Shown here: piece after piece, positions 29,499 to 40,595 of the stretch
How the letters are laid out: every line of letters begins with the position of its first letter
How positions within the stretch are numbered: position 1 is the first letter of the stretch
Assembly (NCBI GenBank): GCA_977020255.1
Contig: CDROCS010006357.1
Coordinates: forward strand, 186,001-237,818
Length of the DNA stretch: 51,818 nt
Reading direction: 5' to 3'
Source: Obrimoposthia wandeli
Taxonomy: Eukaryota
Notes under the pieces: model-generated
Database searches by the model: none
Seen by the model: the letters and a program-made list of their open reading frames with translations, nothing else
What the model was told of the DNA's origin: nothing
Program-made: the position numbers and the translations under genes

Positions 29499-30464
29499 AT
29501 GAATATGGCTGAGAATAAGATAACTGGCAAGGTACATTTTCTTCACTGTCTAAAACAAACCTTTGCATATTTAACTTACCTTAATCGGCGGGTTAAACAT
29601 GATCGTTTAACGATGGCAGCAGGTTCGATGGCGTATGTGACGTTACTGTCATTGGTGCCCATGATTACGGTTGTTCTTTCTGCGTTGTCTGCTTTTCCTG
29701 TGTTCGCGGGGTTGGGAGAATTACTGCAAAATTTTGTGATTGAGAATTTTGTACCAGCCGCTGGTGAAGTCGTAAAAACGTATTTGAATGAGTTTGTCGC
29801 AAATGCCGGAAAGATGACTGCCGTTGGGATTGGGGCATTATTTGTGGTGGCGATGATGTTAATGTCTTCCATCGATCAGGCATTAAATTACATTTGGCGA
29901 GTGCATGAAAAACGCAGGCCTGTGATTTCATTTTCTATTTATTGGATGGTGTTAACGTTAGGCCCTATCCTTGTGGGCTCAAGTATTGCGGTGAGCTCTT
30001 ATTTGGGTTCATTAAACTTGCTTAATAGCGAAGCGGTGAATGGTCTTTTTCAACAAACATTACGCGCTTTACCTGTCATCATGTCGAGCTGTGCTTTCTT
30101 AGGTTTATATCTGCTGGTACCCAATTTAAAGGTGAAGTTCAGCCATGCATTATTCGGTGCTTTAGTGGCAAGCACATTATTTGAGTTGAGTAAAAAAGGG
30201 TTTGCACTTTATATTTCAAATTTTCCATCCTATCAGGTGATATATGGCGCATTAGCTGTGATCCCTATTTTATTTGTTTGGGTCTACTTGTGCTGGTGTA
30301 TTGTGTTACTCGGTGCCGAAATTACCGCCAGCCTTGGTGAACGAAAGCACTGGCAACTGTCTTCTTGTGAGCCAATTACATCTAAAGACGGTGATGTAAA
30401 AGTCATGGTGAAAAATGAGCAACAAAAAAGCTCAGAAGCTGAAAATAATGAAGGAATAAAGTAA
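29499..30464 (+). CDS. yihY: YihY/virulence factor BrkB family inner-membrane protein
   Basis: AGSMAYVTLLSLVP, YQVIYGALA, WCIVLLGAE. Confidence 0.92.
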   Translation: MNMAENKITGKVHFLHCLKQTFAYLTYLNRRVKHDRLTMAAGSMAYVTLLSLVPMITVVLSALSAFPVFAGLGELLQNFVIENFVPAAGEVVKTYLNEFVANAGKMTAVGIGALFVVAMMLMSSIDQALNYIWRVHEKRRPVISFSIYWMVLTLGPILVGSSIAVSSYLGSLNLLNSEAVNGLFQQTLRALPVIMSSCAFLGLYLLVPNLKVKFSHALFGALVASTLFELSKKGFALYISNFPSYQVIYGALAVIPILFVWVYLCWCIVLLGAEITASLGERKHWQLSSCEPITSKDGDVKVMVKNEQQKSSEAENNEGIK

Positions 30465-30902
30465 ATGATTGCGTTAATTCAACGTGTAAGTGAAGCCAGT
30501 GTAACGGTTGATGGTCAAGTAACAGGGACGATTGGTAAAGGCTTACTGGTTCTGCTTGGGGTCGAAAAAGAAGACGATGAATCAAAAACGAAACGCCTAC
30601 GTGACAAAGTTTTAGGCTATCGTGTATTTGAAGACGACGCGGGGAAAATGAACTTAAATGTTCAGCAAGCGGGTGGCAGTGTATTGGTTGTTTCGCAGTT
30701 TACGCTCGTGGCAGACACGAAAAGTGGTATGCGCCCAAGTTTTTCTGTTGGGGCTGCACCTGCAGATGCGGAACGCTTTTACGATTATTTTGTCGAATGT
30801 TGTAAGGATAAAGATATCCAGACTGAAACCGGTATTTTTGCAGCTGATATGAACGTGGCTTTATTAAACGATGGCCCTGTGACGTTTTGGCTGCAGGTGT
30901 AG
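30465..30902 (+). CDS. dtd: D-aminoacyl-tRNA deacylase
   Basis: [22 protein letters not shown]. Confidence 0.97.
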   Translation: MIALIQRVSEASVTVDGQVTGTIGKGLLVLLGVEKEDDESKTKRLRDKVLGYRVFEDDAGKMNLNVQQAGGSVLVVSQFTLVADTKSGMRPSFSVGAAPADAERFYDYFVECCKDKDIQTETGIFAADMNVALLNDGPVTFWLQV

Positions 30903-30983
30903 TGGTAGGCTATTCGTTATATTGATAATTAGAATCGCAATGGATAGACGATTAATTAGCGAAAACGCTAGAGAGAGGGATGC

Positions 30984-31904
30984 ATGTTTCGACTGCTCAC
31001 ACCAAAAACGGATGATGAATTCGCGCGTTATTATGATTTTCGCTGGCGTATGTTGCGTGAAGCTTGGCGTATGCCCGTGGGATCAGAACGAGATGCATAC
31101 GATGAACTGAGTGCGCATCGCATGATTGTGACAGATAACGGTGAAACCATTGCCATTGGTCGGCTTTATATGACGCCAGATAATGATGGTCAGATTCGTT
31201 TTATGGCTGTGCATCCCAATTATCGCCACAAAGGGATGGGAGCTATCGTGCTTGTGGCGTTGGAATCGCTGGCCCGCCAAGATGGTGCAAAGCGGTTAGT
31301 GTGTAATGCTCGAGAAGATGCGATTCCTTTTTATCTAAAAAATGCTTTTACGAGTCAAGGCGAGTTAAGTGATGAACGCGGCCCTGTGCGTCATCAACAA
31401 ATGCTCAAACACCTTGACCCATTAACCGATGTTGTTCGTCACCCTGAGTGGTGCCAAGAACTGCAAGAGTTATGGCAATACCAGATTCCTATCAGTGACA
31501 AAATGGGGATCAAGATCAGTCAATACACGGGGTATCGCTTTGAAGTGAGCGCATTGATTAATGCGAACCTGAATCCTAGCGAGTTTATGTTTGCGGGTAG
31601 TATTTTTACTATGGCAACATTAGCGGGCTGGGGCTTTATTTGGATGCTGATTAAAGAACGTAAGCTAGAAGCTGATATTGTGTTAGTTGATAGCCATATT
31701 CGTTATGTGTCTCCGGTGAAAGAGCGCCCACGTGCTGTTGTGTCAGTGGAGACCCTCAGTGGTGACTTTGATCGCCTTGCTGCAGGGCGTAAAGGTCGAG
31801 TGATTGTTGAAGTGAATGTTTACAGTGGCGAGACGTTAGCCTCTACGTTTACTGGCACTTATATACTGTTTCCTTTACAGACGGATGCTGATAGCAGCTG
31901 CTGA
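30984..31904 (+). CDS. yiiD: Bifunctional GNAT / hotdog-fold thioesterase (YiiD-like)
   Basis: N-terminal GNAT (GQIRFMAV...LVCNARE) and C-terminal thioesterase (IPISDKMGI, FAGSIFTMATLAGWG). Confidence 0.88.
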   Translation: MFRLLTPKTDDEFARYYDFRWRMLREAWRMPVGSERDAYDELSAHRMIVTDNGETIAIGRLYMTPDNDGQIRFMAVHPNYRHKGMGAIVLVALESLARQDGAKRLVCNAREDAIPFYLKNAFTSQGELSDERGPVRHQQMLKHLDPLTDVVRHPEWCQELQELWQYQIPISDKMGIKISQYTGYRFEVSALINANLNPSEFMFAGSIFTMATLAGWGFIWMLIKERKLEADIVLVDSHIRYVSPVKERPRAVVSVETLSGDFDRLAAGRKGRVIVEVNVYSGETLASTFTGTYILFPLQTDADSSC

Positions 31905-33838
31905 TTGGTACCCCAAGATCGCGTGAGCTGCTGGCAACCTTGTTTTGCTTGCAGCTCTATTGTTTGTTTCGTTTTATCCGCTAAATCCCATTTCCCTTTT
32001 AAATTCGCTTCTAGCCCTTTACTTCTTAGCTCTATCTTGTTGATAGCCAAACGTCCTCTATCTGCTGAAATAGTTAAAGGTGATAAAAACAGTGAATGCG
32101 AATCAATGTTTTGGCTCTGGTTGCTTGTCGGCTGAGGTCGTTGTGACGTACCCCAGTATTGAAGCAATTGTGGCGGGGTTATCTTACGGAGTTGTAGCTG
32201 CCTAAAGGTCGCGTTTAAATCACCAGTGAAGCTATAAGCAAGGCTTGTTTGATGCTGGGCTAAACCTGTTCCATTAAAGGTGACATCCATTGCGCCAGTG
32301 ATGGGAAAAGGTATCGCTAACCAATTAGACAGTGTTGTCGTTGGTATATTGTCGCCTTGCAGTGACAGCCTCCAAGGCTGACCAGATTGATTTAAATTCA
32401 CATTACCAGAAGCTTCTAATAATCCGTCTTTAAAAGGCAAGGTTAATTGCTTTAATTGCCAGTTACCGGCCTGACTACTCATTGCGATATACGGCCCTGT
32501 CATGCTGACCTTATTGACGCTCGCTGCCCCTGAGTTTGTGATTAACGACCCTTGCCATAATCCAACGTGCCCATGCCTTTTTAGGATGAGATCTTCCCCG
32601 TTAATATTCAAGCCTGCGATTTGGAAAGGGCTAGCAGGGTTTACATCCGTCAGTTGGGCATAGCCAACATCTAATTGAGTAATGCTGATATCGGAATACA
32701 GTGAATTCAGTGTGCGTAAATGTGTTGGCCAATTGTTGGGTAATACCCATTTAATCCCATTTACCGTCACTTGATTAAGCGCTAATACACTAGGGGTTAA
32801 TGCACCATCAAGTTGAACATACCCTTCGAGCACTTTTGTTGATAGCCCATTTACTGTTATTTGTTGCGGTGAAAAGGTGATGTTGACGAGTGGTTCTTCA
32901 AAGACAGTATTTAGCCATTGAATACTGCTAGCATTCAGAGAAACCAGTGCATCATGCTGTTGCCAATGAGTGGCAGGCCACTGCCAATTTTGTACCGAAA
33001 GATTAATATTATTGAGCGCGTAATTCGGTATCTCGATATTACTTTCGAGTATATCAAGGCGGTTAATCTTGATGTTGAGATCGGTGGCTTTTAATTGCGC
33101 GATATAAGCGTGCAGTACGGTGAGTGGGTTTTGATCTTGTAATTGTAAACCCGTGACCGTGAGTTGGTGTAATGTGAGTAAATCAGGTTGCGTTGCTGAT
33201 TGCTTATATTCGGCTTGACCACTAAAGGTGGCATGTTGCCAGTCAAATGATAAACCGTAGATCTTCCAGTTTTGGTCTTGGTAGTCGCCATCAATTAATA
33301 CATCTTTTAGTGTTGTGCCTTGCCACTGCATATTGGGTGCAGACAGTTGAAAATCACCACTGAATATTCCCCATGATTGCGAACGACTTTGCCAGTTATC
33401 GATCTGTAGGCTGGCTTGTTCTAGGTTTACTTCAGAGGTATGCAGTGTCAGATTATTCAAGGCTAAACGTTGAACATATAAAGTGGGCAGTGTGGCTAAA
33501 TCTATGGGCTGATTTAGCGTGGTGGTATCAACTAAAATGTTGTCAAAAGACCAACCAGCATTCAGTAACTTGGTGGGGGTTAGCCACAACTGAATGTTAT
33601 TGGCGGATAGCAAAGGTTGCTGTTGATAGAGTATTTGTGGTTGTTCGAGCTGTAAATGCCAAGGATCACTGATGTGGTAGTCGATGCTTGCTGCTTTCAG
33701 TTGATAATCTGTTGTAGCATCAATGGTGTTGATGACGAGTTTAGTGGCGTATTGGGTATGCAGTAATGTCAGGATGATCGTGATGCTAAGCAGCATCAAG
33801 ATGATAAGGGTACCGAATATTTTTGCCACTACACGCAT
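31859..33838 (-). CDS. AsmA family protein
   Basis: N-terminal anchor followed by a long beta-taco-like repeat region; usual position between yiiD and pckA. Confidence 0.8.
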   Translation of the reverse strand: MRVVAKIFGTLIILMLLSITIILTLLHTQYATKLVINTIDATTDYQLKAASIDYHISDPWHLQLEQPQILYQQQPLLSANNIQLWLTPTKLLNAGWSFDNILVDTTTLNQPIDLATLPTLYVQRLALNNLTLHTSEVNLEQASLQIDNWQSRSQSWGIFSGDFQLSAPNMQWQGTTLKDVLIDGDYQDQNWKIYGLSFDWQHATFSGQAEYKQSATQPDLLTLHQLTVTGLQLQDQNPLTVLHAYIAQLKATDLNIKINRLDILESNIEIPNYALNNINLSVQNWQWPATHWQQHDALVSLNASSIQWLNTVFEEPLVNITFSPQQITVNGLSTKVLEGYVQLDGALTPSVLALNQVTVNGIKWVLPNNWPTHLRTLNSLYSDISITQLDVGYAQLTDVNPASPFQIAGLNINGEDLILKRHGHVGLWQGSLITNSGAASVNKVSMTGPYIAMSSQAGNWQLKQLTLPFKDGLLEASGNVNLNQSGQPWRLSLQGDNIPTTTLSNWLAIPFPITGAMDVTFNGTGLAQHQTSLAYSFTGDLNATFRQLQLRKITPPQLLQYWGTSQRPQPTSNQSQNIDSHSLFLSPLTISADRGRLAINKIELRSKGLEANLKGKWDLADKTKQTIELQAKQGCQQLTRSWGTNQQLLSASVCKGNSI

Positions 33839-33977
33839 ATAGCCTCCAAAGGTCTTCTTTCAGATTGGCGTAAAAAGCGTATAGCTGCAAGTGGATGTTT
33901 TTGATTTTATTGATCTGTTCGTCAATTTTGTGTTGTGGCTAAATGGTGGCCGATATTGCCGCCAGTTCGTAATGAAT

Positions 33978-34009
33978 AAAAAAAGCCCTTCTTTTCGGGA
34001 AGGGCTTTT
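33978..34009 (-). terminator. Terminator of pckA
   Basis: A7-GCCCTTC-ttttcgg-GAAGGGC-T4. Confidence 0.85.
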
Positions 34010-34034
34010 AGTCAATCAGTTGTAAAAGCGATGA

Positions 34035-35666
34035 TTAATCGAGCTGTGGACCAGCAGCAACCAGTTCAGCACCTTCTGTTGTATCTGTGTACTTTTCAAA
34101 GTTATTGATAAAGCGATTTGCTAGATCTTGTGCTTTGCTTTCCCATTGTAGTGGGTCAGTATACGTATCACGAGGGTCTAAAATTTCAGGGTTAACACCC
34201 GGCAGCGATGTCGGTACTTCAAGATTAAAGATTGGCATCTTTTTGGTTTCTGCATCATCAATAGAGCCATTTAGGATTGCATCGATGATAGCGCGAGTAT
34301 CTTGAATTGAAATACGTTTGCCCGTGCCATTCCAACCGGTGTTAACAAGGTAAGCTTCTGCGCCAGATGCTTCCATGCGTTTAACCAGTACTTCTGCATA
34401 TTGTGTTGGGTGTAATGTTAGGAATGCATTACCAAAACATGCTGAGAATGTTGGCGTTGGTTCTGTAATACCACGTTCAGTACCGGCTAGTTTCGCTGTG
34501 AAACCAGATAGGAAGTGATATTTAGTTTGTGCTGGCGTTAACTTTGATACCGGAGGTAGCACACCAAATGCATCTGCAGACAAGAAGATAACCTTGTTTG
34601 CATGGCCACCTTTAGACACTGGCTTAACAATGTTTTCAATGTGGTAGATTGGGTAAGATACTCGGGTATTTTCTGTTTTTGAGTTATCGTCGAAATCAAT
34701 AGCGCCGTCAGCACGCACTGTTACGTTTTCTAATAATGCATCACGACGGATGGCATTGTAGATATCAGGTTCTGCTTCTTTTGAAAGATTAATGGTTTTT
34801 GCGTAGCAACCGCCTTCAAAATTGAATACGCCGTTGTCATCCCAACCGTGCTCATCATCACCGATAAGTGCACGTTTAGGGTCAGTTGATAACGTTGTTT
34901 TACCCGTACCAGAAAGACCAAAGAATACTGCTACGTCACCGTCTTCGCCCATATTAGCTGAACAGTGCATAGACGCTATGTCTTTAAGCGGAAGGAAGTA
35001 GTTCATCATTGCGAACATACCTTTCTTCATCTCACCGCCGTACCAAGTACCACCGATAAGTTGCATTTTTTCTGTTAGGTTGAATACCGTAAAGTTTTCA
35101 GAGTTCAGACCTTGCTCTTCCCACTTCTCGTTAGTGCACTTCGCGCCGTTCATTACCACGAAATCAGGTTCAAAGCTTGCTAGCTCTTCTTCTGTTGGGC
35201 GAATAAACATATTTTTCACGAAGTGTGCTTGCCATGCAACTTCCGTAATTACACGGATACATAGGCGGGTATCAGGGTTTGCGCCACAGTAACCATCAAC
35301 AACAAATAGGCGTTTGCCAGATAATTGCTTAGTGACTAAAACTTTTAACTCATTCCAGACTTTTTGATCAATCGCTTTATTGTCGTTCTTGCCTTGGTCT
35401 GCCCACCATAGGGTATCGCGGGTAGTGTCATCTTTAACGATGAACTTATCTTTAGGAGAACGACCTGTAAAAACACCCGTATCAACAGATACAGCACCAA
35501 GCTCAGTAACGATACCTTTTTCGTATCCTTCTAGACCTGGTTTAGTCTCTTCTTCGAACAGAACTTCGAATGAAGGGTTGCGAATAATATCCGCAACATT
35601 ATTAATACCGTATTCAGACAGATCCACGTTTTGTGCAACCTTTTTCTCGACATTCATAACAGTCAT
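34035..35666 (-). CDS. pckA: Phosphoenolpyruvate carboxykinase (ATP)
   Basis: [40 protein letters not shown]. Confidence 0.98.
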   Translation of the reverse strand: MTVMNVEKKVAQNVDLSEYGINNVADIIRNPSFEVLFEEETKPGLEGYEKGIVTELGAVSVDTGVFTGRSPKDKFIVKDDTTRDTLWWADQGKNDNKAIDQKVWNELKVLVTKQLSGKRLFVVDGYCGANPDTRLCIRVITEVAWQAHFVKNMFIRPTEEELASFEPDFVVMNGAKCTNEKWEEQGLNSENFTVFNLTEKMQLIGGTWYGGEMKKGMFAMMNYFLPLKDIASMHCSANMGEDGDVAVFFGLSGTGKTTLSTDPKRALIGDDEHGWDDNGVFNFEGGCYAKTINLSKEAEPDIYNAIRRDALLENVTVRADGAIDFDDNSKTENTRVSYPIYHIENIVKPVSKGGHANKVIFLSADAFGVLPPVSKLTPAQTKYHFLSGFTAKLAGTERGITEPTPTFSACFGNAFLTLHPTQYAEVLVKRMEASGAEAYLVNTGWNGTGKRISIQDTRAIIDAILNGSIDDAETKKMPIFNLEVPTSLPGVNPEILDPRDTYTDPLQWESKAQDLANRFINNFEKYTDTTEGAELVAAGPQLD

Positions 35667-35809
35667 AGGTGCTCCTGGGTAAGATGTAGTTTAACTGTTG
35701 ACCATGCTAACAACCCTAAAGAGGTAATTCAGGGATATTCATCAAAAAACAACCACTGAGTTGTTAATGGAAGGTAAAACTTCCAAGTTGCGGTGGTGGT
35801 TAAGTTTAT

Positions 35810-35825
35810 CGTGATGTAAAGCACT
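35810..35825. promoter_or_regulatory. Possible CRP site upstream of pckA
   Basis: CGTGA-tgtaaa-GCACT, 7/10 to TGTGA-N6-TCACA; pckA is CRP-activated in enterobacteria. Confidence 0.45.
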
Positions 35826-35919
35826 TGCGCTAGATGTTAAGCTTAATATTTACCTTGAAAAAAGTAAGGGAAAAGGCGTGCAATAAAATGTAACAGAGAG
35901 GAGGGAATGTGTTTCAGTT

Positions 35920-35953
35920 AAAAAAATAGCCGAATTATATTCGGCTATTTTTA
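35920..35953 (-). terminator. Terminator of hslO
   Basis: A7-TAGCCGAAT-tat-ATTCGGCTA-T-run. Confidence 0.85.
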
Positions 35954-35986
35954 TGATTTAGCAATGTTTTTGCGGGATGATAATTA

Positions 35987-36865
35987 TCAGTGTACTTGAT
36001 CGCTATCATTCTTCGCTGCATTCTCGTGAAGTGCTGCTACATCAATACTATCAAAGTCATAGCTGGTGCCACAGTAGTCACAATGCAAAGAAACTTTACC
36101 TTCATCAGCGATGATTTTTTCTACTTCAATACGTTCAATTGAGCAGATTGCTGATGCGCTGCGTTCGCGTGAACAACCACAGTGAAATTCGACAGGTTGA
36201 GGGTCAAATAATTTCACTTCTTCTTGGTGATAAAGGCGATAAAGTACATCTTGTGCATCTAAACCAAACAGTTCTTCGTTTTTCACTGTTTCTGTTAATT
36301 GCTCAAGGTGTTCAAAATCACCGTCTTGACCTTGGTCATCTGGCATAATTTGTAGCAGCATACCTGCCGCTTTTGCAGCACCTTCAAATTCACCAGTACG
36401 TAAAATGATGCGGGTTTTTAGTTGCTCTGAATTTGCGAAGTAACCTTCAAGTGACTCAGCAAGGGTATCACCTTCTAAGCCAACGACACCTTGGTAACGC
36501 TCGCCTTTGGTTGGCGTGATGGTAATAACCAGATGACCTTTACCAATGATATCGTGAATTGTACCTTCAGTCGGCACTTCGCCTTCCCAGCGTGCAACAC
36601 CACGCATTTTCTGCTCATTATCGCCATTGATAACAGCCAGACGAACAGGGCCATCACCTTGAAGTTGGACTGTAATAGAACCTTCAAATTTTATTGTGGC
36701 AGTTAACAGACTTGTTGCCACCAGTAATTCGCCTAATAATTTTTGTACCGGCGCAGGGTATTCCTTACTAGCAATGATTTGCTGATAAGTGTTACCCAGT
36801 TGTACGAGCTCACCACGTACAGATACACCTTCAAATAGGTAACGGTACAGATTATCGTTTGTCAT
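35987..36865 (-). CDS. hslO: Redox-regulated chaperone Hsp33
   Basis: Zn motif CGCSRER...CDYC; AAGMLLQ. Confidence 0.97.
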   Translation of the reverse strand: MTNDNLYRYLFEGVSVRGELVQLGNTYQQIIASKEYPAPVQKLLGELLVATSLLTATIKFEGSITVQLQGDGPVRLAVINGDNEQKMRGVARWEGEVPTEGTIHDIIGKGHLVITITPTKGERYQGVVGLEGDTLAESLEGYFANSEQLKTRIILRTGEFEGAAKAAGMLLQIMPDDQGQDGDFEHLEQLTETVKNEELFGLDAQDVLYRLYHQEEVKLFDPQPVEFHCGCSRERSASAICSIERIEVEKIIADEGKVSLHCDYCGTSYDFDSIDVAALHENAAKNDSDQVH

Positions 36866-36973
36866 TAGCGTGTATTCTCCAGCCGGTAAAATAGTTAGAA
36901 CAATGCATTTAGGGTTTTATTTGGACTATTACATTCATCTCATGAACTTTTTTTGTAATAGAGACCTAATAGA

Positions 36974-37384
36974 TTACTCATTGATGTTCTTGAATTTAAT
37001 AATATCGCGTCGTTGCTTTTTATCTGGGCGTTTTTCAGGGCTAGGGCTACCAAAAGCATTTAGCTTTCGCATTTCAGCATTTTGATTTCGCAGCTTAAGG
37101 CTTTCGGTGGTTTCCGCGTATAAGGTTTGTGCTTCTGGGGCACCACGACGAGCGGTTGATAACTTCTCAATCGTAATGGTTTTTTCTTCGTTGCCCTGCC
37201 TTATGCGAACCTCTGCACCCACTTCAACGATTTTGCTGGGTTTAGAGCGTTGACCGTTGTAATGCACTTTTCCGCCATCGACCATGTTACGAGCGATTGA
37301 GCGTGTTTTGTAAAACCGTGCTGCCCATAACCATTTATCAAGACGCACTTGAAGAGGGTCTGAGTTTGATGATTGATGACTCAC
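36974..37384 (-). CDS. hslR: Heat shock protein Hsp15 (S4 domain)
   Basis: VRLDKWLWAARFYKTRS, RPDKKQRR. Confidence 0.97.
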   Translation of the reverse strand: MSHQSSNSDPLQVRLDKWLWAARFYKTRSIARNMVDGGKVHYNGQRSKPSKIVEVGAEVRIRQGNEEKTITIEKLSTARRGAPEAQTLYAETTESLKLRNQNAEMRKLNAFGSPSPEKRPDKKQRRDIIKFKNINE

Positions 37385-37436
37385 AACGAGCTCCTTGCCC
37401 CAAAAAGGGCGCTAAAAGTAGCATATTAAGTTTAGT

Positions 37437-37464
37437 AAATGGAGATATTGATGGGATATTTCAA
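37437..37464 (-). promoter_or_regulatory. sigma32 promoter of hslR-hslO
   Basis: Minus strand TTGAAA-N14-CTCCATTT versus consensus TTGAAA-N13/14-CCCCATNT. Confidence 0.82.
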
Positions 37465-37631
37465 TGTTAAATAGGCAATTAATTCTCTGCTACAGTTAGA
37501 CTATTGATCGTTATTACTTTTTTTTCGTGATCTCGGTTGATATATTTCATGATTTTATTGGTGCAGCTCTGCCTTAATACGAGCTGAACAGGTATCCTAC
37601 CAGGTCAGGCTTATGTACAGCTTTTAGTAAA

Positions 37632-38540
37632 ATGGACTTAAGAATGGTTGCAACAAAGTGGTTAGAAACGCTTTATACAAAGCGCCCATTGTCAGCGAAA
37701 ACATTAACACAAATAACGACATGGTTATTAATCGTGATGTTGGCATGGATATTAGGACGATTGTTATGGTCATTCATTCAACCTGTAGACAACCTCGCAC
37801 CTTGGGAAATGCAAGTGGCTTCAGTGTCAGGGGGAGATAATTCATCATTTCAAGTCTCCGATGTGCTAGCAATGAACTTGTTTGGGCAATACCAACAAAA
37901 TTCCCCGGTCATTAAACAACAACCCGTCAAGCAAGATGCGCCGCAAACCAGTTTGAATTTAACGTTAGTTGGCGTGGTTGCGAGTAATCGCGCTGAAACG
38001 ACGTTAGCGGTAATCACTAACCGCGGTAAGCAAAATACCTATGGTTTAAATGAAGCGATTGATGGCACTCGTGCAACATTACAGGCTGTGTATGTTGATC
38101 GCGTTATTATTCGAAATAGCGGTCGTGATGAAACATTGATGTTGGATGGCGTTAAGTTTGGTCAATCACAACCTCAGCAGCCAGCTCGAAGCAAATCGAA
38201 ACCCGTTGAAACGGTAAAGGCTGCGCCTTCTTCAGAATTAGATCAAATTAAAAAGGATATTCTAGATAAACCCCAAAACCTCTTTACCTATATTCGTCTG
38301 TCTCAGGTGAAAAGGGATAATGAGCTTGTGGGGTATCGTGTTAATCCCGGTAAAGATAGGGTGCTATTTGATGCTGTTGGTCTAAAGGCTAATGATTTAG
38401 CAGTTAGTTTAAATGGTAATGACTTAACAGACCCTACGGTAATGGCAAAATTATGGACCGAGTTATCTGAAGCGACCGACTTTACATTAACGGTAGAGCG
38501 AGAAGGTCAATTACACGATATTTATATTGAATTGCAATAG
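37632..38540 (+). CDS. gspC: Type II secretion protein C (HR + PDZ)
   Basis: TM helix, LNLTLVGVV HR domain, GRDETLML, C-terminal PDZ. Confidence 0.93.
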   Translation: MDLRMVATKWLETLYTKRPLSAKTLTQITTWLLIVMLAWILGRLLWSFIQPVDNLAPWEMQVASVSGGDNSSFQVSDVLAMNLFGQYQQNSPVIKQQPVKQDAPQTSLNLTLVGVVASNRAETTLAVITNRGKQNTYGLNEAIDGTRATLQAVYVDRVIIRNSGRDETLMLDGVKFGQSQPQQPARSKSKPVETVKAAPSSELDQIKKDILDKPQNLFTYIRLSQVKRDNELVGYRVNPGKDRVLFDAVGLKANDLAVSLNGNDLTDPTVMAKLWTELSEATDFTLTVEREGQLHDIYIELQ

Positions 38541-38582
38541 TGTTTCAACAGCGGAACACGCGATTAAGCGCAGGAGTTTTTT

Positions 38583-40595
38583 GTGAAAAAATGGATGAGT
38601 AAAAGCGCCCTGTTTTTAGCAGGTAGTTTGCTATGTAGCTCAGTAATGGCCAGTGAATTTAGTGCCAGTTTTAAAGGAACTGATATTCAAGAGTTCATTA
38701 ATATTGTAGGGCGAAATCTACAAAAAACGATCATTGTCGACCCTGCGGTGCGTGGTCAAGTCAATGTACGTAGCTATGACCTTTTAAATGACGAACAATA
38801 TTATCAATTCTTTTTAAATGTTTTAGAGGTGTATGGTTTTGCTGTTGTTGAAATGGATAACGGCGTATTAAAAGTGATTCGTGATAAAGACGCGAAGACA
38901 TCTGCTATTCCGGTCGTAGACGGTAACGATAAAGTCTCTGGTGATGAAGTTGTCACCCGTGTGATTGCGGTGCGTAATGTGTCGGTGCGTGAGCTTTCTC
39001 CGTTGCTGCGTCAGTTAAATGATAATGCGGGTGCGGGTAACGTGGTGCATTACGACCCGGCGAATATCATTATGATTACGGGGCGTGCTGCGGTGGTGAA
39101 CCGTTTGGCTGAAATCATTGAACGGGTCGATCGGGCTGGTGATAAAGAAGTGGATGTTGTGGAGCTGCGTAATGCCTCTGCTGCTGAAATGGTGCGCATT
39201 GTTGATGCGTTAAATAAAAGTGCCAGTGCTAAAACAACTCCAGGGTTTTTACAGCCTAAAGTGGTTGCTGATGAGCGTACCAATGCCGTGTTGTTATCGG
39301 GTGACCCTCAGGTAAGGAAGCGTCTTAAAAAGCTTATTAATCAGTTAGATAGAGAGATGGCAACGTCTGGTAATAATCGGGTTATTTATCTGAAATATGC
39401 CAATGCTGAAGATATGGTCGATGTACTCAAAGGTGTATCTGATAACCTCCAAGCTGAAAAACAAGGTGGAAGTAAGACCCCAGCAGGAAGCAGTAAGGGC
39501 GCAGTCATGATTTCTTCCCATACCGGAACAAATTCCCTTATCGTGACCGCACCGCCAGATATTATGCGCGCGTTAGAAAGTATTATTGCTCAGTTAGATA
39601 TTCGTCGTGCTCAAGTACTGATTGAAGCCATGATTGTTGAATTATCGGAAGGTGATGGTATCAACTTTGGAGTACAGTACGGCTCAGCAGATGGCGGTGT
39701 TATTCAATTTGGTAACTCGGGTGTGCCCATTTCTCAATATGCGATTGGTTTGCAAGAAGCAAAAGATGTGAAAGGCACCACAGTAACTGATTCTAATGGT
39801 AACGTGACGGTGAATCCTGATAAGCAAGGTGATTTCTCGACCTTGGCAAGTGTGCTTGGCGGCGTTAACGGGGCGGCAATGGGTATCGTGATGGGTGATT
39901 GGACGATGTTGGTAAATGCTGTCGCAACAGACAGTAATTCGAATATCTTGTCATCACCAAGTATTACGGTGATGGATAACGGTGAAGCATCATTTATTGT
40001 CGGTGAAGAAGTGCCAGTGGTAACCGGTTCGACTTCAAGCTCAAGTAATGATAATCCCTTCCAAACAGTGGAACGTAAAGAAGTCGGTATTAAGCTAAAT
40101 GTCACCCCGCAGATTAACGAAGGAGACTCTGTTCAGCTTAAAATTGAGCAAGAAGTGTCAAGTGTATTAGGTGCAAGTGGTGCCGTTGATGTGCGTTTTG
40201 CTAAGCGCCAAATTAATACATCGGTACTGGTTCAAGATGGACAGATGATTGCTTTAGGTGGTTTGATCAGCGAAGAAACCAAAGAGAGTGAGTCGAAGGT
40301 ACCTATCTTAGGGGATATTCCATTCTTGGGTTACTTGTTTAAATCGACCAATACAACTACATCCAAAACGAACTTGATGGTATTCATTAAGCCAACCATT
40401 ATTCGTGATGGTGTGACTGCTGATGGTATTACTCAGCGTAAATATAACTACATTCGCGCAGAGCAATTATATAAAGCGGATCAGGGCTTAAACTTAATGC
40501 CAAATACCAAAATGCCAGTGTTGCCTAAGTTTGGTGAGAATATTGAGCTGCCGCCAGAAGTACGTGCCTTTGTTGCACAGCTGGAGAACCAGTAA
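38583..40595 (+). CDS. gspD: Type II secretion secretin D
   Basis: ASFKGTDI N0, [32 protein letters not shown], Vibrio-type C-terminal S-domain. Confidence 0.97.
   Translation: MKKWMSKSALFLAGSLLCSSVMASEFSASFKGTDIQEFINIVGRNLQKTIIVDPAVRGQVNVRSYDLLNDEQYYQFFLNVLEVYGFAVVEMDNGVLKVIRDKDAKTSAIPVVDGNDKVSGDEVVTRVIAVRNVSVRELSPLLRQLNDNAGAGNVVHYDPANIIMITGRAAVVNRLAEIIERVDRAGDKEVDVVELRNASAAEMVRIVDALNKSASAKTTPGFLQPKVVADERTNAVLLSGDPQVRKRLKKLINQLDREMATSGNNRVIYLKYANAEDMVDVLKGVSDNLQAEKQGGSKTPAGSSKGAVMISSHTGTNSLIVTAPPDIMRALESIIAQLDIRRAQVLIEAMIVELSEGDGINFGVQYGSADGGVIQFGNSGVPISQYAIGLQEAKDVKGTTVTDSNGNVTVNPDKQGDFSTLASVLGGVNGAAMGIVMGDWTMLVNAVATDSNSNILSSPSITVMDNGEASFIVGEEVPVVTGSTSSSSNDNPFQTVERKEVGIKLNVTPQINEGDSVQLKIEQEVSSVLGASGAVDVRFAKRQINTSVLVQDGQMIALGGLISEETKESESKVPILGDIPFLGYLFKSTNTTTSKTNLMVFIKPTIIRDGVTADGITQRKYNYIRAEQLYKADQGLNLMPNTKMPVLPKFGENIELPPEVRAFVAQLENQ

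Noticed and set aside
37583-37606. Possible sigmaE promoter for gspC (GAACAG...TCAGG)
   Set aside because: Spacing of 13 nt and poor match to GAACTT-N16-TCnnA.
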